Source: the human T2T-CHM13v2.0 reference genome, Homo sapiens. From it: a stretch of DNA of 64,000 bases. Positions within the stretch are counted from its first letter, which is position 1; every line of letters begins with the position of its first letter. The stretch lies in the NCBI RefSeq assembly GCF_009914755.1, contig NC_060927.1. The stretch is one strand, 5' to 3'. The position numbers and the translations under genes were made by a program. This document shows positions 32,528 to 46,520 of the stretch, piece after piece. Under the pieces are notes generated by a model. The model did not search any database. It was given only the letters and a program-made list of their open reading frames with translations, and was not told the DNA's origin.

Positions 32528-34879
32528 CATTTATGTCATTAAATTCTACTCAGTTGCCTTTTTCTTTTTAATTTGTAGGAGTTATTTATATATTTTGGAT
32601 ATGAGTTATTTGTTGGACACATCTATTGAAAATATCCTCTTCCACTCAGCTATTTGCATTTTATTTTATTTAATGGTATTTTTTGATGAACAAAAACTTT
32701 ACAGTGGTAATATATTCTAATTTATCAGTTGTTAATGATTAGCAATTTTGTATCTTTTTTAGGAAATCTTGTCTATCCCAAGTTTATGAAGATATTTTAA
32801 AATGTTTTATTCTAAAATTTAAACTGATTTGGCTGTTATTTTTATATGTGCAATCCATCTGGAACTGGTTTTTGTGTTTAGTGTGAGGTAGGGTGCAAAA
32901 ATTTATTTATTTTTATATGGATATCTATTTGATCCTGTACCATTGAGTGAAAATCTGTCCATCCCCCTCTGCTCAGTAGTCTAATCTTTGTCATAACCAA
33001 GTAACTGTATATATGTGCGTTTGTTTCTGGAATCCCTAGTTTGTCACATTGAGCTATTTGTCTCTTCTTTGCCAGAACCATACATTTAATTGTTATTGTT
33101 TTACACAGCTTGAAATCTGAAAGTTTAAGTTCAGCTTTGTCCTTTTTCAAGGGTTCCTTGTCTATTCTTGGCCCTTTGCATTTCCATATAAATTTTAGAT
33201 TCAGTTTTTAAATTTATATACACACACACACCATGCCGGGATTTTGGTTGAGGTTCAGATCTCCAGAAGTATTAGTGGGAGCAATAGTTCCTTAATTCTT
33301 GCATGTCTAAAACTCTTTGTTGCTTTTATAGTTGAATATCAGTTTGGCCAGTGTAAAATTTTAGAATTGCCTTTTCTTTCTTTGCAAATTTTACAGGAAT
33401 TACTCTAATTTTTAAATTTTTATTTATTTATTTTAACTTAAAAAAATTTTTGGCTTTGCATGTTGTAGAGAAATCTCAAGATGGCCTGATTATTTCCACC
33501 TCAAAAGTGACTTGATCTTTGTGCCTTCCTACCCAGGTTTTTTTTTTTTCTTTAAATTTTGAAGCCCAGAGATTTTTGCTAGAAAATGGCTTAGTTTTAA
33601 ATATTTTTTCTCTGTTTTCCCCAACACATGGTCAATATGTAAAGTCAAAATTTTTCTTATGTCACGAAAATTATCTATAATTGTATCTTAAAATATTTGT
33701 TAAGTTGCATTGTTTTTTTCTGTCCTCCAAAGACTCTAATTATACACTGTTCATCTTCTTTGTCTTCTGTATCTGTAATGTTTTGTCAATTAACAAAATA
33801 CTTCCTTTTTATTTATTTTCTGACTTATATATACATACTATGCCCCTTGCAGGGTTTTAGAAAATGTCTGTTCTTTCTCGTCTGTGTTCCAGTTTTGCCT
33901 TAATTGATTTCCAGTTCAAATTTTATCTTCTCTTATTTTCTCACCATTTCTTCTTTGAACTCTTAGTACATTTACTAGGTACTCTTGTTGCATAGAGGTG
34001 ATTGTTTCATTAAGATTTCTAAATTAATGGCAAATTTATTTTCCTTCACAATTTTAATCTTCTTTGCATTAATATTTCTCTTAAGTATATTTGTTGTCTG
34101 CCATCTGTTTTTCTCATTTGTTTCTTGTAGCATCTTTGAATAGTTCCTGTGCTGATTCCTTTTAAATTATTCATCTTTGAAGATGACGAGGCTTTACTAG
34201 ACTAGCTATTTTCGAGAGGTTTGTGAGGAAGAATGGCCAGGGCTTAGTTACAGGTTAGGTAGAATTTTTCTTATGATTAAGGCTTTTATTTGTGAGTTTG
34301 TTTAACATTTATTTCATTCTAGTCCATAAAATAAGCAGCTGTAGAACTTTTACAAAGCAAAGTTTGTCTTTGTCTCATTGCCTGAGTAATATGACTTGTC
34401 TGTGTGATTCTTTGTTTAGCTGAATTTGCCGTGTTACTTGGAACCAATGTGAATTCAGAAGTGCTCTTAATTTTAGTCCAGAGACTCCTTTCCAGCTTTT
34501 GCAAAGAAAGGATTGCAGAGATATACCTTGCTGATTCTTAGTGACATCTGCCTAATCTTCCCACCTTTTGGCACTTACTTAGTGGTTTGGAGTTTTAGGG
34601 GGCTTTTAGTTTTACTGAAAATGGAGTTTGGAGGCTTTTCCCCCTTTTCTATTCTTGTTGCCTTTGGGATAATTTCCATTAAAAGAAGGAGGGAATGTTC
34701 AAACTGAAAGTCAGCATTCACGTTAAAATATGATAGCACTTTAAAGACATTCCATTCACATTTCTACCAGCAGTACATGAGTTTCTGTTTCTCCATAACT
34801 TCCACGACACTTGCTTATCAACCTTAAATTTTTTTTCTCAATAAGTAGGTAAAAGGCTGGGCGCTGTGGCTCACACCTT

Positions 34880-36382
34880 GGAGATGCCAGGAACTGCAGG
34901 GCCTCAAAGAGGGAGTTACAGCCCTGGCTCCAGGAGCTCCCAGGTCTGGGCTCCCTGAAGGACCACAGCTCTTCTTTCCTTCTCTTTGCCCACAACATAG
35001 CGAGCAAGGGGTATGTCTCAGCCCTGTTTTTATTATAGCTCTTTTAGCCTTATTTGGTGAGTCCCAAGTTCTTGTCTTGTGCCCAGGAAGAATGAGGTAT
35101 GCAGACAAGTGGAGGGTGAGCAAGACAAAGAAGAGCTTTATCAAGCGATAGAACAGCTCACGGGAAACCCACAGGGAGCAGCTCCTTTCTGCAGCCAGGG
35201 TGTCCCAATGAGTATTCAGCTCCTAGCATAGAGGATAGCTCCTCTCTGCTAGGCAAGTCATCCCAATAAGTGTTCAGCTATCAGTGGAGAGTGTAGCTCC
35301 TCTCTGCTGCTGGTCATCCCATCGTCTGTGCAGCTCTCAGCAGAGAGGAGGCTCTAGAGTGGGTAGCTCCTCTCTGCAGGCAGGTCATCCCATCATTTCT
35401 GCAGCTCTCAGCAGAGAGGAGACCCTAGAGTGGGTTGCTCCTCTCTGCAGCTGGTCATCCTGATGTATGCTCAGCTCTGAGCTTGGGCTTTTATGGGCCT
35501 CAGAGGGGAGGAAGTTCATGCCATTTGGCCCATGGGTGGTCACGGGCAAGCCCAAAAAAGGCACCACAAGTTCCCACTCCAGTCCACGGGACTGGCAGCC
35601 TGGCCCCCAGCCTTCAGGCCCTCCCTGACCTGAAGGTGAGAGCCTCACTGGGGACCTGCCCCCTTCCACCCAGGAACTGTCTGCCTTCTGCCGCTGTTCA
35701 TGGCATCCAGGCTGTAGGTGCCAAGGGGTGCCTGCAGGCCAGCGCTGAGATGCCCTCAAACTCTCCTCGGCTTCCCTCCTATGCTTGTCAGTGCCCAAAG
35801 TCTGGAGCGGGCTGAGGTGGCAAGAAGGAGCTGGTGTGTCAGCACTGCTCCAAGTGTGTGCACACCCAGCCAGGCTGCAGCAGTGCCTAGGCTCAGCCCC
35901 AACTTTGCTCTGAGATTGGAGTGGGCACTGACAGCAGGGAGAAGCCAGGCAGTGGGAGCAGGCACTTGCAGAGATGCCTGGGTCTTCAGACATGGTATTG
36001 GGAGCAGGCACATGCAGAGATGCCTGAGTCTGCAGCCATGGATTGAGCAGCTGCAGCTGTGCCCAGGGGCTCAGGTCTCCTGCCTGCTCTGTGGAGTGGG
36101 AGAATTGGGTTTGCAGCCTCTGTTTGGGTGGCTGCAGCTGTGCCTGGGAGGGTAGGGCTCCTGCCTGTTCCTAGGCCCCAAGAGCACAGGAATGCCTGGA
36201 CCCAGAGCCATGGCTTGGGTGGCTGCAGCAGCACCTGGGGAGCTCCTGCCTTAACTCTGAAGGAGTGGGGCTCCTTCTTGTTCCCAGCTCCTACCAGCTC
36301 CATGGAGTGTGCAGCCCCGGGCACGCCTACCTGGTGCAGCCAGCATGATGGTAGTGGCTACTCCAGATGGCTCACCACTAGC
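34880..36382 (-). mobile_element. MER52-type ERV1 solo LTR (3' end truncated), with internal ~55-60 bp degenerate tandem units at ~35170-35470
   Basis: The minus strand begins ...gccatctggagtagccactaccatcatgctggctgcacc...ggggctgcacactccatggagctggtaggagc (MER52 5' end). Also 'cttgctcaccctccacttgtctgcatacctcattcttcctggg'. It is a GC-rich island in AT-rich surroundings. Confidence 0.85.
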
Positions 36383-37225
36383 TAGGCCTTGACTATAGGG
36401 AATGTCTCTAAATTTTCTCCCCTAACTTGGATTATTGTTGTAGGTTTCTGTTAGATTATCAACTTGAGGAATTTTTCTTCAGTTGGTAGTTTGTCAAGAA
36501 ATATTTTTATTTTCTTAAAAAAATCAAGAATGGATGTTCAAATTTATCATGTGATATTAGCATGTACTTTCTTTAGGTATTTTGTATTTACGTTCATAAA
36601 TGTGGTTGGCATAGCTTTCTTTGTTTATGCTCTTCCTGGTATAAGAGTTATGCTAGCCTTGTGAAATGAGTTGTAGCTATCTATTTCGTTTTTCTATGCT
36701 CTGAAATGGTTTCCACAACCTAGGATTTTTCTCTTCTTTGAAAATTTGGCAGCATTTGCTCATTAAATTTCGTAAACATTAGGGTATTTTTCCATATTTT
36801 TTGTCATTATTGGTCTCTGAGAAAAGCATAATTTCAACTCCCCTCACCACCACCCCAACAAAGCATTTAAGGATACAAATCTTTTGAGCTCCTTGCTTGT
36901 TATACCCTATAGTTTGTAACTTCTATTTCATTTCTAGTTGATAATAACTATTTTGATTTTCTCTCTGACTTAAGAATTAGGTAGAAATTATAGTTTCTAA
37001 TATACAGATATTTTCAAACTTCTCATTATAATTTTTATTTTTAATTCTATTGCATTGTGTTAGTGAATATGGACTGTATGATTTCCTTTGTGGCCTAATA
37101 CGTAGTCAATATTTCAATGTTTCATGTGTATTTTATGAAAATGTGTATTTTCTATTTGTTGGGTGCAATTTTCTGTGTTTTACAGTTATAACCAATTTAT
37201 TATTGTGTTATTTAAGTCCTTTTGG

Positions 37226-37432
37226 TAGTATCCAATAGAACTTTCTGAGATGATGGAAATGTTCTGTATCTGCACCATCTAATAAAGTAGCTACTAGCTG
37301 CATATGACTATCAAGCACTTAAAATGTGTCCATTGGGACTGAGGACCTAAGTTTTAAATTATATTTAATTTTAATTATTTTAAATTTAAATTTAAACAGT
37401 CATGTTTAAATAGGCTACTGTATGGATGGCAC
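37226..37432. mobile_element. MER3 (hAT-Charlie) MITE
   Basis: tccaatagaactttctgagatgatggaaatgttctgtatctgcacc...gtagctactagctgcatatgactatcaagcacttaaaatgtg. Confidence 0.8.
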
Positions 37433-38332
37433 CTCTCTTTATAATTAATTTTGGTCTAGTTTATCTCTTAATTTCTGAGAGGTGTTTAAAAATCTTTCAC
37501 TAGGACTGTGGATTTGTTGGTTTCATTCTTCTTGGCACTCAATGGGCCTTTTCACTCAGAGACTTTATGTCTTTCTTCAACCTTGGGAACTTTTTTCTGA
37601 TTATTTATGCGAGTGTATTCTCTCCTTCTATCTTCTCTAATCTTTGTTTCTGAGACCCACTTTTTTGGGTAATATTTTATCTCTTGGAATTCTGTTTCTC
37701 CTAATCCTTTTTAAAAAAATTTCCATTTCTTTGTTGTTTTGTGTTGTGCTCATGGAGAATTCCTTGAGTCAGTCTTCCAATTACTTGATTTGCTTTTAGC
37801 TGTGTCTAGCCTTTTATTCAGCTCTGATTTATGATTCCATTGTAAGATCCCAAGAACTTTAATTTTTTATGGCTATGATTTTCTCTTGCACTTTTATGTA
37901 CATAGTGATTACCCTTATTGTAAAAACTTACTCTGCTGTATTAAGTCTCCTTCTTTGGGTGTTCATGTGTGTGTTTGTATGTGCACTTCTCTTTCATGGG
38001 CTGATTTTTTGTATCTGAGAGTTTATTAGCCTGTGGATGCTGAATTTGTTAACTACACTCTGTGATTATGTGGGGAAGAGTACTTTTCACAGAGTGTGCC
38101 ACTAGTTTGTCTTTTGGCTGTGGGAGAACCCTGTTCTTCAGGGTGTGTTCAGGCACTCCATGTACTACCCTCATTCTGTGGTCTCCCTTACTGACCCCAC
38201 TTGGGCTATATATCATTACCTGGTCTTAGCAAGTAAGGGTCAAAGGAGAGGATGATCCCATCTGGCTGCTCTTCCTGTGGTTTCGCTGACCAGTTACCTA
38301 GCAGGTTGTCTCAAGGCCTGTTTGTTAGGAAC

Positions 38333-38843
38333 TGTTAAGATCTGAAATTTTACCTTACTTGCAAACTAACAAGTTAGTCTGCCACAGTTTCATAGATGTT
38401 GGCAGAAGACATGAGACCTCTGGGTTGGAGACAAAGGATTTCACTACTCATGGTTCATCAAGCAGCATGAAGTTGTTTGTCATGTCAATTCCCCTTGCTT
38501 CTTCCCAACACCCTCAAGTCCCACAGGAGTGACACAGAGCTGGCTCATGTGGATGCATATGCACTGAGTTGTTGTCAAAGCTGAAGGACCTCAGGCTTAG
38601 GAAACTCCAATCTTTTATAACGGGCTGCAGGCAAACTTACCCAAAATTTGCCCTTGAGGGTGACATTATTTTTATTGTACTAGACAGAAACTAATCGTGT
38701 CCCCTGCTCCTGGAGGGAGATACTATCTCTATCTTCTATGGCTATCTCTATTCAAACATCTTTGAAAGGATAGTCTGGAAGAAAAGCTATCATTGCCTCT
38801 TTTTACAAGATTTGCAGAAATGTGGGAGAACTTTGTTCCAACA
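38333..38843 (-). mobile_element. ERVL-type solo LTR (LTR53/MER88-like; family tentative)
   Basis: TG...CA termini, ~510 bp; 'atctgaaattttaccttacttgcaaactaacaagttagtctgccacagtttcat'. Confidence 0.65.
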
Positions 38844-39284
38844 CTTTCCTGCTTCTGGAATCCACTACCTCTGAGCTTTGAGTAGCTTTGGGGTCTTGCC
38901 TGTTTTTATGCTTCAGGTTCTTTTGTGCATGAGTTTTGGCTGTGATTTTCTCTTTCAAACCAAGTAAGTTCCCCTTGTCTTTTATTTTTCAGGGATTCCT
39001 GAAATCTCTGGCTTACAAAGACCACTTTGTCTAATTTTCTAGTGCTTTTAAAGTGGGGAACAGTGACTCTGGAGGCCACAGAGAGTAACAATAAGAATTA
39101 TTGTGAGCTCTCTAGGGGAAGGTGATCCCAGGCATCTCTCCTGTTGCTGTTGGTCAGCAAGCCATGTTGATTGTTGCATCAGAGCCTCTCTCGAATCCAT
39201 CTGCTTCTCTCTTCAGTGACATTAACTTACTAAGACCCTCACTAAGATGATCTCTTGATGGAATTATCTCTCACTAGGATTATT

Positions 39285-39385
39285 CCACTAGAATGTCAGT
39301 TCCTTAAGGGCAGGGATTTGTGTTGGTTTTGTTCACTGTTTCCTCACTGCCTAGAACAACGCCTGGAAACTTTACTAATGAATGC
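39285..39385 (+). mobile_element. L2 3' end fragment
   Basis: ccactagaatgtcagttccttaagggcagggatttgtg...ttgttcactg...cctagaacaacgcctgg...tgaatg. Confidence 0.7.
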
Positions 39386-39387
39386 CT

Positions 39388-40460
39388 TTTATTTTTCAAA
39401 TAATAGCTTCATTGAGATATAACTGATACACCATAAAGTTCACTCTTCTAAAGTGTATCGCTCAATGATTTTTAGTATATTCACAACATCATGCATCAAT
39501 TACCCTACCTAATCCAGAATATTTTAATCCCCCTCCCCCAAAACCCCATCCCTGTTAGCAGTATTAGTAGTTACTCCCCATTCTCCCCTCTCCCTAGCCC
39601 TGGGCAACCACCAGTCTACATTCTGTTTCTATGAATGTGCCTATTTTGGACATTTCATATAAATGGAATCATACAATATGTGATCTTTTGTGAGTAGCCT
39701 CTTTTGTTTGACGTGGTATTTTCAAGGTTCATCCATGTTGTAACATGTGTCAGAATTCTTCCTTTTTATGGCTGAATAATATTCCATTGTATGGATATAC
39801 CACATTTTGTTTCTCTCCTCATCAGCTGTTGCACATTTGGGTTGTTGCCACTTTTTGGCTATCATGAATAATGCTGCTCTGAACATTCATGGACAGGTTT
39901 TTGTATCGGCATGTTTTCAGTTCTCTTAGGTGGAATGGAGTGGAATTGCTGGGTTATGTGGTGACTCTATGCTTAACTCGATGAGGACCTGCCAAACTAT
40001 TTTTCAAAGTGGCTGCATCATTTTACGTTCCCACCAGCAATTTCTCCATATCTGCACTAATACTTATTGTCTGTCTTTATGGTTATAGACATCTTAGTGG
40101 ATGTGGAGTAGAATCTCATTGTGGTTTCGATTTACATTCTCCTAATGACTAATAATATTGAACATCTTTTCATGTGTTTATTGATTATTTGTATATCTTC
40201 TTAAAATAAATGTCTATTCGAGTCCTTTGCCAACTTTTAAATTGGATTCTCTTTTTATTGTTGAGTTGTAAGAGTTGTTTTTGTATTCTTGATGCAAGTC
40301 TCATCAGATATATAATTTATGAATATTTTCTTTCATTCTGTGGTTTGTCTTTTCACATTCTTGAGGCTGCCCTCTGAAGCACAAAAGTTTTACATTTTCA
40401 TTATGTTCAATTTACCTATTTTTTCTTTTTTCACTTAGCTTTTTTGGTGTCACATCTAAA
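39388..40460 (-). mobile_element. L1MB-type 3' end (~1.07 kb)
   Basis: aatagcttcattgagatataactgatacaccataaagttcactcttctaaagtgtat..., continuing into antisense ORF2 C-terminal sequence. Confidence 0.85.
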
Positions 40461-41749
40461 TTGAATGAATGTTTGAACAGTTTCTTAACTACTTCCCTTC
40501 TGTTGCATCTGTCTTTTCCATTATAACCAAAGTAAGTATTTTAAAAAGAAAATTTTATCATTTGTTACCTATTCCAAATCCTTAGTTGGCCTTCAGTGAC
40601 TTCACTTTGCTTTCAGGAGAAGTCTAAATACTGTTTTGTGACTGCAGACCCTCAGTGATGTGGACACATCTGTGTTATGTAGTGGTACTGGCTTCTACCC
40701 TAGTTGGATCAATGACTATTGTTCCTGTTCTCTCTTTCTCTTTACCTTTCTCACTAGGGCTTATAGCTCTATGCATGTGAATGAAAGTAACATTGTGGAG
40801 AGATGAAATTACATAGGACCATGACAACATGATAAAAATGTCTTAAAAATGGGCTTTCTGTAATAGAAATAATATTCAATCCTGGAAATCCCAAGTATGT
40901 GCTAATAAGGAATGAATTTATTTCAAAGGCAAAAGCTGCATTAGATGGTGATCTGAATGACTTCTTATCAACTTGAATGCCTTTTCCTGTGCAGTGTGCA
41001 GTTACTCTCAGGGTGAACACTTCTGAACTCCCTGGGAGAGCTGAAGGCTTCTCTGGTTTCAGTGTAATTCAATTTAACCAGCGCTGTCATAGCATCTGCA
41101 GCCTGAAGCTGTTTCCCACCCAGATACCACAGTTCAGGGTAGACATGGAGGAGGCAAGGAGAGGAATTATGCAGCATACACCCCCAGTTGTTCTCCTTGG
41201 GAGGTGGGGGAATGGGAGAAGGGAATTAAGGGCATCTACTGGATGCTGGTTAAGGTGCTGGCTGCTTTTTATATATTACAGCATTTAATCCTCATAGCAG
41301 TCTAGTGAGGTAAGCCTTATTATACTCATTTTTCCAGAAACCTGTCTCTTTCGGCTACCCAGGCTCTGCTCTCATTGACCACTAGATGCCCCATCTGAGA
41401 GTAGGAGAACATTAGAAATGCTCCATCTTGACTCCACACTCCTCTGGCCCAAGGTGCTGTCATGAACTTGGGCTTGTAGATGGTGGAACAGTTTGGGATA
41501 AGCTAGGTTGGGGTCCTGTCCTGAGGCTGCCTTCCAGGACTTCTCCTTACTCTCTTGGAATATTTATCTTTCCAGCCCTCGACTGTCATTTCTGTTGGGT
41601 GATGCTCACCTGCCTTGTAGCCCACAGTGTCTGTATCTCTCTATGGCTTCCCTGGAGCTAGGGCTTCCCTGGAGCTCCAAGGTTCTGGCGGGGGGGAGGT
41701 CCAGCCCTCTGGGAATTTCTGACAGGATGGTGGGAGAGCCTCTGTCTCC

Positions 41750-42400
41750 ATTTCCTCAACACCATTTATTGTGTGGGAGGCACTGTGTCTGTGCAAGGAT
41801 GTGGTGGTGAGGACGAGAAACAGCTCCTGTCCTCATGGAGCTTACCTTCTTATGAGGGAGACCATTAACCAATGAGTAAACAAACATAAATAGCATCACT
41901 ACAAATGCTGATGAGAGCTGTGAATGAAACAGATGGGGGGGATATACTTTAGATGCTGGGGACAGATCTTCCAGCTAAGGTGAGAAAGATGAGCAGGATT
42001 CAGTTGAGGTTCCTTGAGTAGGAGTGGTCCAAAAGTCCTGAAGACAGAAAGAACTTGGTGTTTTGTGGGGCATGAAAAGGGGTATGCAAGATGAATGGAT
42101 AGAGATGGGCAGGAGCCCAATCATGTGCAAACGTGTTAGCAAAGGAAGTGAGTATGGATTTTTTCAGGGTATGTGGAAAACTATTGAAGGATTTAAAGCA
42201 GGGAGTATGTGATCAGAGCTGTTCTTAAAAGATTTGTCTGGCTCCTGTACAGAGTTGGCATTGGAAAGAGTGGGCACAGTTGTTCACTGGAAAGAAAATA
42301 GTGACTGGACTAGGTAAAGGAGAGAGGTGGAGGATTCCAGAGATGTTCACAAGGTAGAATGTTCAGAACATGCTGTTGGGTTGGATGAAGGGTTGGGTCA
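41750..42400 (-). mobile_element. L2 fragment
   Basis: catttattgtgtgggaggcactgtg...cctgtcctcatggagcttaccttct...ctattgaaggatttaaagcaggg. Confidence 0.7.
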
Positions 42401-44204
42401 GGTGGGTTGGGGAGCAGCTGTCCCAGCTCCAGATACCCCTGCTTCCTGGCTTCCCTCACTTTCTTTATTCACCACCTCTGCCCCCAGCTGCGTGAATTCT
42501 TCCCTCCTTCCCCTCCCCATTGGCAGCCACCTCTAGAGTTCCAGCTTTGGGAATCTCAGGTCCTCCAGTGAGTGATCCTGGCCTGGCCAAAGTACAGCAG
42601 CCTCCTTTACCACTTAGCTTGGCTGAGGCAAGGTTTGTGTTTTTCTGTTAAAGGAAGTTTAGATCATGAAACTAAGGAGAATGGAAGATGAATCAACTCA
42701 CCAACATCAACAAAAAAATTACATAACCTTTGCAAAAAGAGAGTTCAGAATGCAGATTCTTTCATGTAATTATAATTTGGTAAGCATCTCCTGAATCCCT
42801 ATAACTAGCTGGCTTCTAGGAGATTGGGGATGAATCCCAGAGGTTCTTGCCCTTGGGAGCTTGCAGGCTAGTGGGAGAGACTGAGAGAGGAGGCAGCCTT
42901 AGGGTAGAGCATGGTCAGGGTCTGTTAGGGCCAAAATGGTGGGCAGCCCAGATGAGGTGGGGGTTGAGGGAGATTGTTTTCTTCTTGTCGTGTTTGCCAC
43001 AGATCCAGCCCCCCAACATGTCCAGCCTGCAGTGGCTCCTCTGGATTTACTGGTCAGCCAGATGTGAAAAGGTCAAAACCTTGGGAAACGAAAGCCTGAC
43101 TTGAGCCAGTCTGTGCCAGCACTAAGCTTTCCCTCCCGGGATTCCCAAGGCTGGCAGGACTCCCTCAGGTGGGCCAGCAAAGAGGAAACCATCTGTGGTT
43201 GGAGCCTGGAGGGACGACCATAGATTTGGTGAGGCAGCCTCCCTGGACAGTCTGAGACTGCAGAATCAGGGCAGGGGGTGCCTCTGCTTTCTCACTGGCT
43301 CAGTTAGCATAGGAGATGGTGGTAGGGCTGTGGCCTGGACACAGAGGGGGCACAGCCTGGGTCCAAAGAGTCCTGGGATGAGTATAGGCCCAGGGGATTG
43401 CCCCAAGCTCCTAAGCAAGCTCCCTAGTAAGGCAGGTCACTAGGCAGAAGGTAGAAGGCTCTTTCACCTGGGGCTCTGTGGAAAGGGGAGACAGGAGCCT
43501 CTGTTGGAATGTTAGAACAACCACCCTCCATTATGGCAATCACAGTTGCTGTCTGTCCCTGTGATTCACCACTTACCAGAGTTAGCTGCATTTGCAGAGA
43601 AAAACATTAAATTGGAATCCTAGGTCTGCCTCTTGGCTGTGCATCCTCCCTTAAGTCCCTTCCTCTTTCTGGGCCCCAGTTTTTGCACCCATATAATGAG
43701 GGGATGGGGCTAGAATCGAGCACTGAGCAACACTTCATTCTGTAGAATTCACTTTGGAGCCCACTTTCCTTCTCTGGCCTTTTCCCTCTTCTCTTCCTCT
43801 CTGTCCTCATATCTCTCCCCACCCCACCATGGTGCCTGGGGCCCAAATTCTTTCCAGGAGCTCTACAGCAGGGGGCAGTTGAGCCACCCACACTCCTCCT
43901 TTGGAGGCAGCCTAATCTGCTGAGACAGCATTTTCAGAACAAGCACACCTTTCCTGCTGTGTTGATCACTTCTCATGGCACAAGTTTGGTGTTTGTGGAG
44001 AGACCCTCTTCCTCAGAGACTCAGAGATGAGATGCTCTTCCATCCCCTGTCATGAGGGACAAGGGTGGCATAGAGGAATCAACTGCCACCTATGCTTTTC
44101 TCTACCTTTTTCTCTAGTTTCATTTCTTGTTTGATAGTTTCTAGTTTGTGGGATCTGGAGCTGGACTGATTTGCATTCTGATCCCTGCTCTTCATAGCTT
44201 TATG

Positions 44205-45830
44205 ATCTCTCCAGCACCATTTGCTGAAAAGTTATTTTTCTCCATCCAATTATCTTGGCATCTTTGTCAGAAATCAATTGCCCATATGTGTATGCATCAG
44301 TCTCTTGACTTTCCATTCTGTTCTGTTGATTTGTATTTCTCTATGCCAATGCCATTCTACCTTGATTACTGTAGCTTCCTAGAAGTCCTGAAATCAGGGA
44401 GTGTAAGGCCTCCAACTTTGTTCTTTTTCAGAATGTTTGGCTATTCTAGGTCATTTGGTTTTCCATATAAATTTTAGAATCAACTTGGCAAATCCTTTAA
44501 AGAAAGGTGTTGGGATTTTGATTGGTATTTATTGAATCTATAGGTCCATTTGGGGAGAATTGCTCTATTAACAATATTGAGATTTCCAATTCATGAACAT
44601 CAACATTCTCCATTTATTTAGGTCTTATCTATTTTTGTTGTAAGTGTTCATAGATTTTTGGTTTTGCGAACTACCTACACTGCCTGTTTTTATGCGGGGA
44701 CCTGGGAAGATTAAACAACTATGCTCTCACCACTGCTGCCATCTTTCCTAAATCTCTTTTACCAACTTCTTGAAAACAATGCTTAGTTCATTAATTTTTA
44801 TTCTTTTTTATTATAAAAATAGGCATTTGTGACTATAAGATTTCCTCTAAGCACTGCTTTAGCTGTATCTGGCAAATTCTGATGTATTTTTGTTGGCATT
44901 CATTTCAAAATATTGTCATTTTTTATTGGGACTTCTTTGATCCACTGATTATTTTTAAAAATTATTTAATTTCCAAACATATGAGTATTTTTTGTTATTG
45001 TTACTGATTTTAACTTAATTGCATATAGGTAGAGAACATGCTCATGATTTTAATACTTCTCAATTTGTTGAGATTTATTTTATGGTTTAGTATATGGTCA
45101 GTTTTGTCATTTTTTGTGTACTTGAAAATAATTTTTATTCTACAGTTGTTGGGTGCAGTGTTGTATATGTTCATTAGTCAAATGTTGTTATAATGTTCTT
45201 TATCCTCAAGTATTTTTCATCTGATTGTTTTTAACAGTTACTGATTATTAAATCTCTCACTTTGAGAATATATCTCTTTTCCTTGTAGATTTACCTAAAT
45301 TTGTTTTACATGTTTTGAATGCATATTATTAACTGCACATACATTTAGAATTGTTTTATCTTGCTGATGAATGGAATCTTTTGTCATTGTGAACTGGCTC
45401 TCCTATTTTCTAGTAATGCTTTTTGTTTTAAGGTTTTCACTGTCTGATGTTGGTATAGCTACACTGCTTCTTTGGGTTATTGATTGCAGAATATATCTTT
45501 TACTATCCTTTTACTTATATAACCTTTCTATTCTATTATATTTTACATGTTTCTCTTTTTAAACATATTTGTTTAAGTTAAAAATACTTTTGACAATCTT
45601 TTAGCTAGAGTCTTTTAATTGGAGCATTTAGTCCATTTACACTTAATGTATTTAAATCTACCATTTAATTATATGCTTTCTATTTGTCATATATGACTTT
45701 GGTTTCTCTTTTCTCTCCTTTTTTGCCTTTCTTAACTTTCTCTTTTGGATTTTAAAAATTATTCCATTTTGCCGGTTAGTTTAGAAACCACGTACTTTTC
45801 TACTGTTCTCTTAATGGTTATCATATAGAT
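44205..45830 (-). mobile_element. Old L1M ORF2 fragments
   Basis: ccagcaccatttgctgaaaag...ttgattactgtagct...tttggggagaattg, with EN-region antisense motifs at 45050-45650. Confidence 0.7.
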
Positions 45831-46274
45831 TGCCATGAGCACTGTGCATTTCTTTTGTCCCCAGTGCTTGCTGTGGCTGAGTTCTTAATCAGCAATCTGT
45901 GTTTTGCTTGCGGTGTGTGTATGTGTACTTACTGCAGTCACTGTGGAGCTTTCTTTATGTCAATCTGATGGCCATTACCCCAGTCGTTTCACCCCTGACA
46001 GCACTACCCACCCAAAGCAGTATGGTAGATTTTAATGAAGGATTTAGTCGGGGGAAAGAAATTATATCTTGAAGAAACAGAGAAAACAGCTTCAAGTGGA
46101 ATTTTTGGCATCCTTACTCTTGAAAGACCCTTGATTATTGTAACCTTAGGAAATTTTTCTCTAGTTTCCTCAACTATTCTTTTTATCTCATCCCAGAAAC
46201 AGAAACCATGTCTAGAGAGCCTCATCTTTATTATTAAACTGCCCATTTATAAGTATTCCTAAAAAAATGGTGAA

Positions 46275-46520
46275 AGTAACAGTGATCACTGAGTGTTTAC
46301 TATGTGCAAATCAATCAATGGGTCAATGAACAAATATTTATTGGGTTTCTACTTTAGGCTCAGTACTTTCTAGGCACTGGTACTAGAAAGTGCAGTGCTT
46401 ATTGATTCCCATGTATTATCTAAATTAATCCTCACAGTAGCTGCATGAGATAGGTACAGTTATTATTCTTTTTGTGCAGATGGGGAAATTAAGGCTTAGG
46501 GAGGTTTAGTTCCCTAGGCC
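46275..46520 (-). mobile_element. MIR with an embedded L2 end
   Basis: ttaatcctcacagtagctgcatgagataggtacagttattattc...cagatggggaaattaaggcttagggagg. Confidence 0.7.

Larger units (their letters stand above)
31090..33250 (-). mobile_element. Ancient L1ME-type 3' region, interrupted by MER44 and an Alu monomer
   Basis: Decayed antisense 3'UTR and ORF2 C-terminal motifs (atacccaggagtgcaattgttgggt; gcatttccatataaattttagattcag). Confidence 0.65.

Noticed and set aside
35385-36385. Cluster of 85-208 aa overlapping ORFs
   Set aside because: All lie in the GC-rich MER52 LTR, where stop codons are rare, and none has a recognisable domain.
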